From Paraspadella gotoi (lineage: Eukaryota; Animalia; Chaetognatha): a stretch of 64,000 bases of DNA. Location of the stretch: contig CM119265.1 of the NCBI GenBank assembly GCA_051294375.1, positions 11,347,818 to 11,411,817 of the forward strand, in the 5' to 3' direction. Shown here piece after piece: positions 62,531 to 64,000 of the stretch (positions are counted from its first letter, which is position 1; every line of letters begins with the position of its first letter). The translations under genes and the position numbers were made by a program. Below the pieces are notes generated by a model that saw only the letters and a program-made list of their open reading frames with translations, ran no database searches and had not been told where the DNA came from.

Positions 62531-64000
62531 GTATTTAAAGTGTTATTTTATTAATTAAACAAGTTTTTGAGTTGTTCTTTTGGCTTTGTGTATTTCTTTC
62601 AAGTATTACGCCGTCCAAAAAGGCGCAGTTTTGAACTGCCTATAAGGGGACAGTTTGAACTGCGCCCTCTTTTCTGTTCACGAAAACTGTCTTTTTTTCC
62701 TCTGTTGTGGGGAATCCCGCCACTATTTTTGATGGGATTAACGTTTGAAGCCCTCTGCCTTATCCACTACGGGGAATCCCCGCCACTATTTTTGATGGGG
62801 TATTAACATTGAAGCCCAATCCCCGCCAACAAATCACAAGATCTGTTCATCATGGCAGTCCTTGTTATAAAAAATTTTAACTGAAAACATAAAAAACATT
62901 AATGATCCTAATTTCAAAATAAATATTTATTTGCATTTAGATCAATCCTAAACCCTATATTTTATTTTATATCTCTCTCTCTGTCTACCTCCTCTCTCTT
63001 TATTTTCTAGTTTTCATCTCTCTCTCTTCTTCCTCTCTTTCAATCTCTATCTCTCTTTCTTTCTCACTCTATTCTTTTTTGTATATTTTTATCTCTCTCT
63101 CTCTTTCTATCTCTCTCTCTTTCTCACTCTATTTCTTTTTCTATTTTTATCTCTTTCTCACTTCTCTCTCTCTCATTCTACCTTCTCTTTTTTTTCTTAT
63201 CACTTCTCTCTTGTCTCTTTCTCTCTCTCTCCCTTTCACGCTCTCTCCTTTCTCTCTCTTTGTATCTCTAATTCTCTATCTCTTTTTTCACTTTATTTCT
63301 TTTTTTATATTTTTGTCTCTTTCTCACTTTTTTTCTCTCTCTCTCTGTCTACCTCTCTCTCTTTCTTTTTGATTTTCATATCTCTCTCTCTCTTCTCTTT
63401 CTCAAGGGTATGACTTGAGAGTTCTCGGCTATAAAGCCATGGTGTCCCGTGGCCAACGAGTCTTTGTCCACCATGACCGAGGACCCCGGCGTGGGGCCGG
63501 CTAATTTTTGCCGCCGGGACTCGAGGACGCGGATCGAGAAAAAAAATCTCAAACTCGAGAGGAAATCCGCTAATCAATAAGAGGACTACGTCTTGGGATC
63601 GCAATCGTGGAAAAAAAAATTTACTTATTTTCTATGAAATGATAAAATTTGAAAAACATTGTAAAACAGGCGTCGGAGAAAAATTGACAGAGAGAAGATG
63701 AACTTATTTACAATGTTTGAAATTGTTTTTAAGAAAAAGGGTCAATCAAATCAACTTGAAAATAGGCAAAAATGAAGTACAGATTCAAAAAGTTGAGCTC
63801 CTGGCGATTCCGGTCACCTTTATTTTTATTTTTTATTTTTGATTGTTCTAAATCTGTATGGAACATCTTATGCAACCACAAATATCAAATATGACCCCCC
63901 AAAAAAAGTCAGTTTCTTATAAACTATACCTATACTATGCATTTAAAATTATCTTGACATAAAATATTGAAGTGTATTTTTTTTTTAGTGTTTCTGGAAA

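Overview
AT-rich, repeat-dense animal genomic DNA (GT-AG introns, TTAGGG-type repeats) from a gappy, partly error-prone assembly with six N-gaps and indel-rich stretches. The one clear host gene is TMF1 (TATA element modulatory factor 1, a golgin). Its eight visible coding exons are all on the + strand but lie in three groups in reverse order: exons 1-4 at 37.9-41.4 kb, exons 5-6 at 21.4-21.7 kb and exons 7-8 at 3.5-3.9 kb. The same 'blocks in reverse order, same strand' pattern splits a Ty3/Gypsy LTR retrotransposon (43-54.6 kb) and several small transposons, two with matching or near-matching target-site duplications. Much of the window therefore looks block-permuted. An assembly or amplification artefact is the most likely cause, but a genuinely scrambled locus cannot be excluded from sequence alone. 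Also present: a dispersed family carrying minimal hammerhead ribozymes (Penelope-like or retrozyme), DINE-1/HINE-like Helentron derivatives, several MITEs, a 19-bp satellite, interstitial telomere-like repeats, an LTR-like piece ending in a tRNA-Leu 3' copy, a Tc1-like remnant and a frameshifted C2H2 zinc-finger region. Comparisons with known proteins and RNAs are from memory, not from database searches.
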